From Spironucleus salmonicida (taxonomy: Eukaryota): a stretch of 64,000 bases of DNA. Every line of letters starts with the position of its first letter. The stretch's first letter is position 1. The notes under the pieces are model-generated. The model saw nothing but the letters and a program-made list of their open reading frames with translations. It had not been told where the DNA came from and made no database searches. Of this stretch, positions 36,621 to 49,012 are shown piece after piece. The translations under genes were made by a program, and so were the position numbers. The stretch is from positions 62,001-126,000 of the forward strand of contig NC_090599.1 in assembly GCF_000497125.1 (NCBI RefSeq), given 5' to 3'.

Positions 36621-39392
36621 TCACTCCTCAGCCCATTATTCTAACACATAACTAGCAATAAATTAATAAAATTCTATCTCCACAATATCTTCATCTTCTA
36701 GCTCATCATATTCCATTCCTTTATAACTCTCAAAGATCTCTCCCTAATTATTCGCCCATTCGAGAACTTAGTTCTTTGTAATGAAATTTTTATCAATAAA
36801 AATTACCAAGATGTCTAGACATAGCTACTGCTCTGCTTCATCAGCCTCTCCATCTTCCAACTTATCCTTGCTTTCCAAAATATTCGATTTAAATATATAA
36901 TAATGCATTATTAAACAAATTTAGATTATTAAATCTTCAGGATCAAACGTAGAATTAAGAGGTGAAACTGCTCCAAATCTCTTAGAATCGTATGTTAAAA
37001 ATTATAATAAACCTGTTAATCTTGCTAAAATCAAACTATCAGTTTTATAACCTTACTTTGCTTAATTTTAAGAATTGAATTCTGTAAATTCTGTACTTTA
37101 AAGTGCTAAAATAAGTAAAATTTGTAGCACAGTGGGTGCTAAATCAAAGTCCTACTTGTGCTTTAAAGTGATATACGTAAACTACAAATTTTAACAGAAA
37201 TTCAGACATAATTCTTTTATTTCATAAAAAATATCAGATGATTATAAATCTTCTAAATAATATTATTATATAAAATGATTATCTAAAACTTTAACTAGCA
37301 TCTGTGCTATGACATTCCAATTTGACATTTCTTAAATCTCCTAAAATATGTGAGTATGTTATTTATCGGTAGTAGATAAAGACTCATAGTGTCTAATTCC
37401 ATATTTACTATATATTACTTGATCCTAAATATGATTATTTTGATTTTCTAGTAAGAAATCAAATTAATTAGTTAATTCAAGATAAGGATGCTCTTTTACA
37501 GTTAATTTTGGCTAAAAGCTAAATCCATTTTTAAATTATGAATCAAGTAACTCTATTTTCAATTATTCAATATTAGTAGAATTTTGTGCATTTTTGATTA
37601 ATAACTGCGGAATCCAATATTTTGTAATAACGTCAGTTTAGTTTACATTATTGATATATTGAGCTAATTTACTAGGGCTTTATGAATCACCACAAGTTTC
37701 ATCTTAATCTGTTGTAATGCTGTATTACTAAGTATTATTTTTTAAATTATCCACATCTGTCTCATTAGAAATTTCATAATCATCATACAAATTTTCAATA
37801 TCTGCTTCATTTTTTAATCTCTATATAGAAATTTCTATAAATTAAAGTTCATTTTCATAGCAACTATTTTGTGGGGTTTCATGCAATTCTTCATAAAATA
37901 AACAAATTTCTTGATATCTATTTAAAGCAATTTATGTTGCAAATTATTCCTGAATATAAATTGGTGGTAATGTTTTTATAATTGAAATTGGAATAGATAA
38001 ACTTTACCCAAAAATAAACATCTTGAAAAGTGAAATATCAGAATAAATTATATTTTGTGTACTTAAATGTGAAACAATTTAATCTAACCCCCATATTGTT
38101 TATGTAAAGCATCTAATTGCGTTAAGAATAGTTCTATTTTCTAGCTAATATATGTCAGAGCCTATAATTGATCCGGGTGGCAACATAACATTATTCTATA
38201 TATGAGTATTCCTAAGTATTATTGAGTCTGATATATAACAATTTTATCCAATAGTTACATTGTCAAGAATAATGGATTAAATAACATCAGCACCAGGTAA
38301 AATTTTAACATTATCCCCTAAAATACTATTAACTACTCGGCCACTAATTTCACACTAAGATCCTATAAATGATCTGCCTTCTAACTTCCCTTAAAGTTAA
38401 AGATTATTTCCAATTAAAGCTAATCCAAATTTTTACTAATTGACCCTCTTTCCATTTTTCCAAAAAATATTAAATTAAGGTGTGTATGGATAAAATTAAT
38501 TATGAATAAACATAAGATTTAAACTTTTATATGTACGTGGGCAATCTACTCTTCCAGATTTTAAATTCTTTATATCATATATCCCAATCTATTATTCATT
38601 TGATGAATTGAGTTAGTTTTGGATAATTTCAAATATATGTTCCGATTATTTCTATTTACCTTCAATTATTAATGGAATCATAGATTTACTAAAAATATAA
38701 ACTTCAGTTGGTTAGCATTAAGTAGTTATAGTTGATTCAACGCCGTATTAAACCAAATTTAATAAAATTTCATCATCATTTTAAAATTTTTACAAATTGA
38801 GTAGAACTTGCTCTTTAGAATAGTGAATTAAATATGGAGCATTAATAGAGTTCATATATCCTTATTCTGGAATCTCTTAAATTGCCATTGTAGCTAGATA
38901 ATTATTATTCTCATGTTATACATGTTACTTATAAAATTCTTGCAAATTAAAATTAAAAATCGTTGGGCCATTTATTACTAAAAAGGTGGCATCTAGATCA
39001 TTATCATAGTCCTATAAATACTGGCTAAGCATATTAACTGGTGTTTGATGATGAGTATCTATATATTTAATTTAAAGCTTTTATTCCTCGTCTAAAATAT
39101 GATGGCTGTGTTCACACATTTGACCACATAAACAAACATCATGAGTTAATTCCCTTTATATTCTACCATACCTAGTTTTATCAATATATTATTTGATTTA
39201 GTAAGAATTTTTTGAGTAAATTACTGTTAACTATTCTATTTTGCTAACATATAAATGATGAAGTAGAATTTCTATCATGGGAATATTTCCTATTGGTAAA
39301 AGTAGTGTTGGAATATTATTATAAAGAGGTTCCATTTCTTACCCAAAAATATCAGCTAATAAAATAGCTTATCTCAATTTAGAAGATGGCAT
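36621..39392 (-). CDS. GCD6: translation initiation factor eIF2B epsilon subunit (923 aa)
   Basis: RQAILLADIFGQEMEPL...PTLLLPIGNIPMIE; hexapeptide beta-helix (NSILGDNVKI...SIILDNVTIG); W2-like C-terminus (ITKEQVLEW...WAEE). Confidence 0.85.
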
Positions 39393-39460
39393 TTGACTCT
39401 AATGCTGTATTTATAATAAATATAGTATAATATATTATATTCATTTTTATTTACACTTCT

Positions 39461-39484
39461 TTATTATATTTCCACTCCACCGGA
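39461..39484 (+). promoter_or_regulatory. TATA-like tract plus C-rich CCACTCC element upstream of RPL36
   Basis: ttattatatt-tCCACTCCaccgga-ATG. The same or a near-identical element precedes DED1, the exportin-like gene and ATG 12272. Confidence 0.55.
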
Positions 39485-39757
39485 ATGCCCGCTAGAGTAC
39501 TCACTTATAAGAAAGGTACTGCTGTCGTCAAGATCCAGAAGGCTGCACCTGCCCAGAAGCAAAATGTTAGACATCACCTTGTTCGTTCCGTTATTAGCGA
39601 ATGCGTTGGTATGGCTCCTTATGAACGCCACCTCCTCGAAATGATTCATCTTAACCGTGACCGTTAAGCTCTTCGTTATGCTAAGAAGAGAATTGGTAAG
39701 CTTTCCCTCGCCAAGGCTAAAGTTTCTCAGCTTATGGCTCTCAACCAGCAAAAGTGA
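39485..39757 (+). CDS. RPL36: 60S ribosomal protein L36
   Basis: VRSVISECVGMAPYERHLLE...RQALRYAKKRIG...AKAK. Reading TAA 39665 as Gln completes the conserved protein. Confidence 0.95.
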
Positions 39758-39815
39758 TAATATTGTATGTGCTATATTATATCTATAATAATATTCTTTA
39801 TTCCTTATCTTATTA

Positions 39816-40118
39816 ATGTTACATTAGTCTTCATTTTTAAATATTTAATAAACAAATTGTCTAATTACAGAAATTGACGATTTATAGATAGAATTTGCAC
39901 CTATTTAATCATAACATTAAATATGGCGAAACAATAGCAGCAGTAAAAGAACATGTTATAAGTTACCCCTATCTTTATAATGTTCTAATAATATAAAGTA
40001 AAGTATTAAATCTCAATTATATCTTAAGAAAGATAAACATCCAACTTTACCACCTCGGCAACGAATTTGGCGAGAATGGTAACCATCTCCAGGTTCATTA
40101 AGTAATACTTTAAAGTGA
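39816..40118 (+). CDS. small hypothetical protein
   Basis: 100-aa ORF ending AAG-TGA between RPL36 and NOP58. Confidence 0.55.
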
Positions 40119-40170
40119 ATATATATTATTGATATTCTAAATCTACCACTTCTTTCTCCATTCCTTGATA

Positions 40171-41637
40171 ATGCCATTCTACTTTTATGACACCGCAACA
40201 GGATTCGCACTTTTTAAAGGTTAACCTAATAAGCTTCAGTTAGTTAATTATTAACCTTTTGAGACTATGAAATAGGCCTTAGATGCGTAAATAGCTATCA
40301 ACAATTAAGAATTAACTTCTGTTTATAAAAGTTTTATCAAGTCCAATTTCGTTAAAAAATTTAAAGAAGATACACTTCATGTCCCAGATATGAAACTTGC
40401 ATAAGCTCTTAAGGACAATTATGACATAAACTGTCTCTGTGACTCAGCTGCCTTGGAGGTTTTCCGTGAAATCCAGTCTAACATAAAAGAACTCATTCCC
40501 AACTTCGATGTAGAATAGTAGCATTAGTATTAGCTTGCTCTTGCCCATAGCTTTAGTAGATATCAGATTTAATTCAATTCCGAATCTGTGGATACAATGA
40601 TTGTACAGTCAATAACACTCTTAGATGAGTCTGAAAAAGAAATTAATGGTTTCATGATGCGTCTCTAAGAGTGGATTGTCTGGTCATTCCCAGAAGCCGC
40701 AAAAGTAATCACAAACCACCGTTAGTATGCATTCTTGTAGACTTTCTTAAAAGGTGATAAATAACAAATTAATGACCCAGAAACTGTTAAACTTCTTGAA
40801 CCTCATTTTACTACCGCTTAGATCGATCAATTAAAAGAATCTGCGTCAATTTCACTTGGCTCAGATATAACACCTTTAGACGCCGACAGAATTAAGTCCT
40901 TGGCAGAATAATGCGTTCAGCTTTTTGATTATCAGGAATCTTTGACTGCTTATATCACTTCCAGAATGCAGTCAATTGCACCTAATTTGACTCAAATTCT
41001 TGGCCCTATTGTCTCTGCTAGAATGCTCGCAAAGGCCGGAAGCCTCACAAAGCTTGCCAAATTGCCAGCTTCGACTGTGCAGATTTTAGGTGCCGAAAAG
41101 GCTCTCTTTTTGACTTTAAAAACAAAAGAAAAACGCACACCAAAGCACGGTTTGATCTACTCTTGCACTTTAGTTGCAAACAGTTAGCTCAGCGATAAGG
41201 GCAAAATGTCAAGAATTGCTGCGCAAAACGCAATTTTGGCTGCTCGCGTCGACTGTTTGAGCGAGAAACTTGACGGCGAATTCGCAAAAACTCGAATTTA
41301 GGAAGGGAAAGTTCAAATTATGAGCAGTGCTGAAAGAGTAGTCAGATAGGAGCGGAAAGAGAGAAAATTACAAGAATATTTGGCCGCTAAAGGAGGGGAT
41401 AAAGCTGAAGGCGATAGGAAATAAGAAGGTCCTGCTGAAACTGACGAAGAGAGGAGAAAGAGAAAAGAAGAGAAAAAGAGAGCTAAGGAGGAGAAAAAAG
41501 CTGCAAAAAGTGAAGCTAAACACGAAGAGAAGGCCGAATTAGCTGAGGCTGAGGAGAAGAAGTCGTCTAAGAAAGAAGAAAAGAAGAAAGATAAAAAAGA
41601 CAAAGAAAGCAAGAAGGATAAGAAGAAAGACGAATGA
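40171..41637 (+). CDS. NOP58: box C/D snoRNP protein Nop58
   Basis: DTATGFALFK, LALAHSFSRY...VDTMIVQ, IAPNL, LAKLPASTVQILGAEKALF, TPKHGLIY; K/E/D-rich tail. Confidence 0.92.
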
Positions 41638-42820
41638 TTTTTGGGTTTTTAGGGAAATGTAAAGTTTGAATAAGGATTAAATAATTGCTCATTACAGATT
41701 TAATAAATATTATTTATTTATTTGAATATATTTACGAAGTTGCGATTTCAAGGATTGTCTATCATCCTTATACTCTTGTATTTTAGTATTGAGTCTTTGT
41801 AATAATATTTATCTTATTATTATAAGATAAATAAATTTAACAAGTAATTGGATTATTTGGCTAATATGCCTGTTATTTTTACAATTTTACTTTTATCATG
41901 CTATAATTATTTCTGAATATACATATCAAATTTTTATTGTGTGTAAAGGACGTCAACAACTCTAATTATATACTTAATCTTTCTAGTAACTGATTAGGAA
42001 ACTAAAAATGTGAAATAAGGGCTAGCTCATAATAGTACGTGCGGCACAGTGATATATTTATTAAATTAAAATAAAGTTAAATTTAATAATATTTATTTAA
42101 AATTTTAACTTATATTATATTTCTCAATAATGGAGTATATTAAAGCACTATTGTGATCATTTAATTTATTAAACATAAATAAAGTATTTTATATTATGGA
42201 AAAAGTAACATAAAGATACGTATTGTGAAGATATTCCGTTGTTTATAATAAAATTATTGTAAAATCACCAATTTATTATCAAATGTATAATATATAACAA
42301 ATATTATTTATATGATTTTGAATGTAGCATAAAGTATATGTAATACTTTTAATAAATGCTTGACCCTTTAAAAATCGCATAATGTATATTGGTTATTGTG
42401 CGACATGAAATTTTTATTATTTATCTAATAAATTTAAATGCTTTGAATTATATGCTATAATAACTATATTAATATTAAGTTATATTTTTGTCGTAGATTG
42501 ACATTCAATTTTTAAAGTTGTATTATTCACATATCAATTATATAAATCATGCATTACCTAAGCTATAAGTTTAGTATACCATACTGCTAATTAAATCAAT
42601 TAAAAGATAATATTATTTTTAATAGTTTTGGTATATACTTTAATAATTTACTTACAATTTAATATGTGATATACTGCAAATTTTGATAGGAATAATATCA
42701 TGAAATATGAAAATTAATATATAATATTTATTATAATATAATTATAAATGCTTTTAAGTTTAACAAATTAGAAAATATATTAATATACAGTGATACTATT
42801 TAAATTTTTGCATAATTATA

Positions 42821-43333
42821 ATGGCATTTATCGTTCCATCAAAACGAATTACTCAATCTACAAAGCAAACTAAAGTAAACTTTTAAGATAAGCTAAAACC
42901 AACTATTGTGAAAAATAGTGGTGTAAAAACATAGGTTAGTAAATAAAAAGATCGAGAATTAAAATCATTGAGATAGAAAATTTTTATTGAGTAGTAAAAT
43001 TATGAAATGTTATCATAGCTGTATATCGAATTATAAAGTTCTTAAGGCAATTTAACTAATGGAAATTCGTGTTATCAGGCGATTTTAGAAGCAGAAGATA
43101 ATATGCTTATTTAGGTTGCAAAACTAATTGCACCTGCCGAATAGGCGTCCCAATTAATTTTAGAAACTAAGAATGTAAACTCATTGCCATAGCTGCATAG
43201 ATTAGAGGCAGAGTTATTATCATTATAAACAAATTTTTTATAATTGTAATAAAAGGAAGACGAACTAGATTAAAAAATTAAATTTAAAATAAGATAAAAA
43301 TATAACAATTTAGAATAATAATTGTATTAGTGA
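42821..43333 (+). CDS. hypothetical coiled-coil protein
   Basis: 170-aa ORF ending TAG-TGA. Confidence 0.7.
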
Positions 43334-43355
43334 ATTTTCTTTTCTTTTCCTTTAA

Positions 43356-44051
43356 ATGAAGTACGCTATTTTACTTACCGGGTCTGCTGGTGCAGGGAAA
43401 ACAACTCTTGCAGCTTATTTAGCAAATCACTACTAAATCATACATAAGACTATATATATTATTAATATGGATCCTGCTGTTTAGTATCTCCCTTTTAAAC
43501 CTTCTGCTGATATTCGTGACCTGGTTACATCAGATGATATTTAATAGTATTTGTTATTAGGGCCAAATGCATCATTAATTTATGCAGTTGAGCATTTTAT
43601 TGACAATGAATTAGAGGCATAATAAGAATTTTTTGACTATGATGAAGATTTTTTACTTATCGATTGCCCAGGTTAAATAGAAACTTTACTACAATTCAAT
43701 TCATTTCAAAAATTAGCGAAAAAGTTATAGACATTAGGATATTAGGTAGGTACTATTTATTGTACTGAGTCTTAAAAAATTGTTAATAAGTAGGATTTCC
43801 TTTCAAATGCATTAATTGCGGCGGCTGTCAGGGCTTCATTGGGTATTGCGTTTTTATAAGTATATACTAAGTGTGATCTTACAGATTTATGGTAAATTGA
43901 TGAAGAGTTCGAGTTTGAAAATTAATTTGAAAAAAAATTAACAGAAGTAATCGGTGGTAATTAAAATGCTTTTGTTAGTGTGTAAAATGAAGATACCATA
44001 GGAATATTAGCTGAAATGATTGATTTTATGATGCATATTGATGAAGAGTGA
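43356..44051 (+). CDS. GPN3: GPN-loop GTPase, GPN3-like
   Basis: GSAGAGKTT, INMDPA, DIRDLV, LGPNASL, IDCPGQIE, TKCDL. Confidence 0.88.
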
Positions 44052-44101
44052 TTTAGGTATTTACTATATATTATATATTTAAACTATGAATTTTTATTAA
44101 A

Positions 44102-47100
44102 ATGGATCCCGAAGAAAGTATATACTTTACTGAAATCGATATTCTGGCGTAAAAAGCGTAAGTATTTTAATAGATTTTATTATATGAAAAATCGATCCAA
44201 GGAGTTGAAAAATTAACTGCATTGTTACTTAAAGCATAAAAATATTCAAACAATAGTGTATTATTTACAGAATTAAAACGATTCTTTTCTCCATATGAAC
44301 AAAAAGATATGTCATAATCTTCACGAAATACTGGTAAGTAATCCAATTTTATCTAAAAAATTAATCAGCTATATAATAAAATTGGAGATAGACAAAGGTT
44401 AGTATTAGATAAATATTCTAATAATAAATAAGATAGCCTAAATCTTGATAGCTCCTAATTAACTATTATAGATTTAAGTAATAACGTAGATTATTAACAG
44501 AAACTTACTTTTTCGAAATTATAATTCAAAAAACTATAAGATTACATGTAATAAACTTGTGAAGAGCATGGATTTGATCTTAGAAAAGATATTTCAACAA
44601 ATATAGTAGATATGTTATAATATTATTTTATTTTAATATGTAAACTAAAGTCATAAATTCATAGCTTAGAAAAAAGTAATTAATAAATCTTACTATAAAA
44701 ATTATCAATCGAAAATGAATTGAAATGGAGCAAACATTGCCAAGAGACAAATTTTATTCCATCAAACTCAGAGTTTTTCAAATAATAATAACAGCTGGCG
44801 GAAACTACCGCAGCACTTACAACTGAGAAGGCACAGCTCCAGGAACAGCTGGCGGAAACTACCGCAGCACTTACAGCCGAGAAGGAACAGCTCCAGGCGC
44901 AGCTGGCGGAAACTACCGCAGCACTTACAGCCGAGAAGGCACAGCTCCAGGAACAGCTGGCGGAAACTACCGCAGCACTTACCGCAGCCCTGCATACCGA
45001 GAAGGCACAGCTCCAGGAACAGCTGGCGGAAACTACCGCAGCCATGCATACCGAGAAGGCACAGCTCCAGGAACAGCTGGCGGAAACTACCGCAGCCCTG
45101 CATACCGAGAAGGCACAGCTCCAGGAACAGCTGGCGGAAACTACCGCAGCCCTGCATACCGAGAAGGCACAGCTCCAGGAACAGCTGGCGGAAACTACCG
45201 CAGCCCTGCATACCGAGAAGGCACAGCTCCAGGAACAGCTGGCGGAACACCACCTCAACGAGAACACAGCCCAGGAACAGCTGCGAACTACCGCACACTA
45301 CCGAGAAGGCACAGCTCCAGGAACAGCTGGCGGAAACTACCGCAGCCCTGCATACCGAGAAGGCACAGCTCCAGGAACAGCTGGCGGAAACTACCGCAGC
45401 CCTGCATACCGAGAAGGCACAGCTCCAGGAACAGCTGGCGGAAACTACCGCAGCCATGCATACCGAGAAGGCACAGCTCCAGGAACAGCTGGCGGAAACT
45501 ACCGCATGCACTTACAACTGAGAAGGCACAGCTCCAGGAACAGCTGGCGGAAACTACCGCAGCCTGCATACCGAGAAGGCACAGCTCCAGGAACAGCTGG
45601 CGGAAACTACCGCAGCCATGCATACTGAGAAGGCACAGCTCCAGGAACAGCTGGCGGAAACTACCGCAGCCATGCATACCGAGAAGGCACAGCTCCAGGA
45701 ACAGCTGGCGGAAACTACCGCAGCCATGCATACCGAGAAGGCACAGCTCCAGGAACAGCTGGCGGAAACTACCGCAGCCATGCATACCGAGAAGGCACAG
45801 CTCCAGGAACAGCTGGCGGAAACTACCGCAGCCATGCATACCGAGAAGGCACAGCTCCAGGAACAGCTGGCGGAAACTACCGCAGCCATGCATACCGAGA
45901 AGGCACAGCTCCAGGAACAGCTGGCGGAAACTACCGCAGCATTACCGAGAAGGCACAGCTCCAGGAACAGCTGGCGGAAACTACCGCAGCCTGCATACGA
46001 GAAGGCACAGCTCCAGGAACAGCTGGCGGAAACTACCGCAGCCTCAACGAGAAGGCACAGCTCCAGGAACAGCTGGCGGAAACTACCGCAGCCTGCATAC
46101 CGAGAAGGCACAGCTCCAGGAACAGCTGGCGGAAACTACCGCAGCCATGCAACTGAGAAGGCACAGCTCCAGGAACAGCTGGCGGAAACTACCGCAGCCA
46201 TGCATACCGAGAAGGCACAGCTCCAGGAACAGCTGGCGGAAACTACCGCAGCACTTACAGCCGAGAAGGCACAGCTCCAGGAACAGCTGGCGGAAACTAC
46301 CGCAGCCATGCATACCGAGAAGGCACAGATGCATTTGAAGTTATAACTTGTCAATTAAGACTTTGATTAACTCTAATTGGACTATAACGCATATATGGAG
46401 CAGAATAGTAATTTGTCAACTTTGAACGAAAGCTAGCAACTGAAAAAGATATCTATTATCAAATAAAAACATTAGTAATCATTATTAAATCTAGAGAAAT
46501 AATTAAGTATAAAGACGGCTGAGATCATAGGATTTTAAGATACATTATAAACATTAACAATCTAAAATCAAACATTATAAGAGAATCATTTATCGTATAG
46601 TCATAATATTTTAAGTTTAAAATAATAAATTATTAGTTAAGATTAGTAGATACTTTAGTTAAAAGACGATAATTGTATCTAATAATCAGCCCTATCCAAG
46701 TTTTAATAGGATTTAAAGTATTAAAAGAAGTAAATGGCTAGAAATATAACTTAGGAAACACAAACATAAAATTATCATAATTTATAGAATTCTCAGCCAA
46801 ATATATCGTATGACGAAAAATTCAACCATTAAAAACAGTAAATATCATAACTTTAAAGTTAATTATAATCGATTCAGGATAACTAGTTAAATATAAATTG
46901 CTTATAAAATAATATAACGCTACCTAATTAGTTATCTCTGCACCAACTTTAAGAGCTTACAATTGCATTGGAGAATGATATAACTCTTATTACTTTATTA
47001 AGATATGTTTTATTTTCTGCTAAATCACAATCTAATAGTTATTTGTCAAAGCTAGCTAATAAAATGAAAGATAATATGAATACTATTACTGATAATACAT

Positions 47101-47438
47101 TATCATAGTAAACCAGATTACAAGCATCGCTAATCTTTATATCACTTATTTATAAATTCTATTGTTAGGATTTTCCTGCTGAGGATGAGTAAAAGTTTGT
47201 TGTGGATTTTGATATAAATTTTACGGTAACAAGGGAAGAATGTTTCGGAGCTAAAGCTAGATAGTAAATTTTAGAAAGCTATAAAAGAATACGGAAGATA
47301 AATTTAGAATTAACGGATAAACTAGAAATCTATATATAAACATTTGGAGATATAAGTGGTGCAGCCAAGCTTGTTTCAATTGGAAAATAAACAGCTGAAA
47401 ATAGAACTTTAGAAAAATCATAGAAAGGAAATAAGTGA
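44102..47438 (+). CDS. large coiled-coil protein with internal 18-aa tandem repeats (frameshifts inside the array as assembled)
   Basis: A unique N-terminus from ATG 44102 enters the repeat in frame. A unique C-terminus leaves it in another frame and runs to AAG-TGA 47438. Confidence 0.75.
44792..46328 (+). repeat. 54-bp GC-rich coding tandem array, ~28 units, (L/M)HTEKAQLQEQLAETTAA
   Basis: Unit ...gagaaggcacagctccaggaacagctggcggaaactaccgcagccctgcatacc... repeated head to tail, with a few recurrent variants. Confidence 0.97.
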
Positions 47439-47478
47439 GTAATATATTATTATTTATGATATTTTTAGAAACGCCAAA

Positions 47479-48228
47479 ATGTCATCCTTAGAAAGCTTAC
47501 TAAATACTTTAAATACAGCCCCTCCAAAAAAATAAGAAATGAAGTAATTTTTTATTACAGGAAATAATCCTACAACAGTTTAGTAATTTACTTCAAGACT
47601 ATCCCGTTCAGCCTGTCCCCTCCCTCATGATTTTTCACTTAATTTTGTCTCTGGAACAGTTGAATGCCTAGTTTTTGGTTAATCTGAATCATTTGCTTAA
47701 TAAGCTAGAAAATTAATACAAAGCAATCAAACTGGCATCATTATTTTAGACTTATCAAATCTATCATCAATTGAATTTTCTAAATAATGGGTATAGGCGT
47801 CGCAAAAGCTAGAAATATAATTATGGATATTAGTAACGGGTAAATACGCTGATTAAAGATAAAACTAAATTTGCGAGACATTACTTAGGGCATTAGCATG
47901 TTCAATAAGAGCTGGGTATGGTAAATTTGAAATATAATAAACAAATGAAGTAGTTTAAGCCATTCTAACTTCTTAAAATTGGAGTAGTAATAAAAGTTTG
48001 GCCCTATTACCAGGGTAAGATCAACCAAACGATATTTTATAAAACTCTAGAAATGCCGAGGATATTTTAGAAAAGATGACCTCAATATATGAAAGTGAAA
48101 TTAAAGTTAAGTAAAAGGGAGTTAAAAATGTAAACATTTAAACTATAGATGAATACTTAAAATATGTAGATACTATTGGAAAATGTGGCGAAGATATCGA
48201 GTTGATTATTAATTAGATCAAATAATGA
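47479..48228 (+). CDS. dynein light intermediate chain-like (DYNC2LI1/D2LIC)
   Basis: Degenerate Ras-like fold: GIIILDLSNL, ICETLLRALACSIRAG, LLPGQD. Confidence 0.6.
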
Positions 48229-48489
48229 TTAAATTGCACTTAGATTATATGCTAATCTATTATTACAAACCCCTATTTAAATAGAATATCCACTATTTAC
48301 TCATTTTTAACATTAAATTATTTTCAAAAATGAATTTTTATATTTGAACAAAAAATATATAACCTAAATTTTACTAGGTACACTATATTCTCACTATCAT
48401 ATTATTCGATATTTTAATATTGTTTTGAAGATGATATATAAATACATAATAATATAATTATTAACATTTATCACCTCTCCCAAACCTGA

Positions 48490-49002
48490 ATGAAAAACCC
48501 TATCTAGCTAGCATTTCACCTCTTCACTCTCACCATAAGATCAAACCCACAAAATTGTCTTTCAAAAATTAAACTGATATAGCAGTTAGCAGAAACATTA
48601 GATATTCCAGAAAAACTCGCTTTCTAGACTATGAAACATGCCTCAAAATCACTCTACTGCCAGCAACTCGCACTCCACTCCCAAAAATTTTCATCGGTCC
48701 AAGTACCTGACCCAAAACTTACAGATTTTTAGAATATTTTTTCCAAAGATTTCAAGTATACGGCCTCAGATAACGTCAAATTCAAGGACGAGAAGACACT
48801 AGAAATTTCTGGATGGAGTACGCTAGAAGCAGAGCTTTTTAGCAATTTCGTAGGCGCAAAAGAGCATGCAATGGCACGTTTTGTGAAAGTCATGAAACAA
48901 AAAAGCGACCTCTCAAGAAAGCACGCCGAGAGCCTCAGGGCATCGCTCGTAGAGCTCTCCGCGAAAATTTACAAAAAATAAAAAGAGGAAGTGAAAAAGT
49001 GA
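48490..49002 (+). CDS. hypothetical protein
   Basis: 170-aa ORF with a C-rich leader (cacctctccc) upstream; ends AAG-TGA. Confidence 0.65.
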
Positions 49003-49012
49003 AATAAATTTA

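Noticed and set aside
39695-39702. GTAAG donor-like site in RPL36
   Set aside because: The conserved protein reads through it without interruption.
44792-46328. CRISPR-like appearance of the regular repeat
   Set aside because: No unique spacers, the unit is a multiple of 3 and in frame with the host ORF, there are no cas genes, and the context is eukaryotic.
44680-46354. Cys-rich minus-strand and alternative-frame ORFs in the track (SASCSWSC..., GCGSFRQLFLELC...)
   Set aside because: Shadows of a stop-poor GC-rich repeat; only the EKAQLQEQLAETTAA frame connects to the unique flanks.
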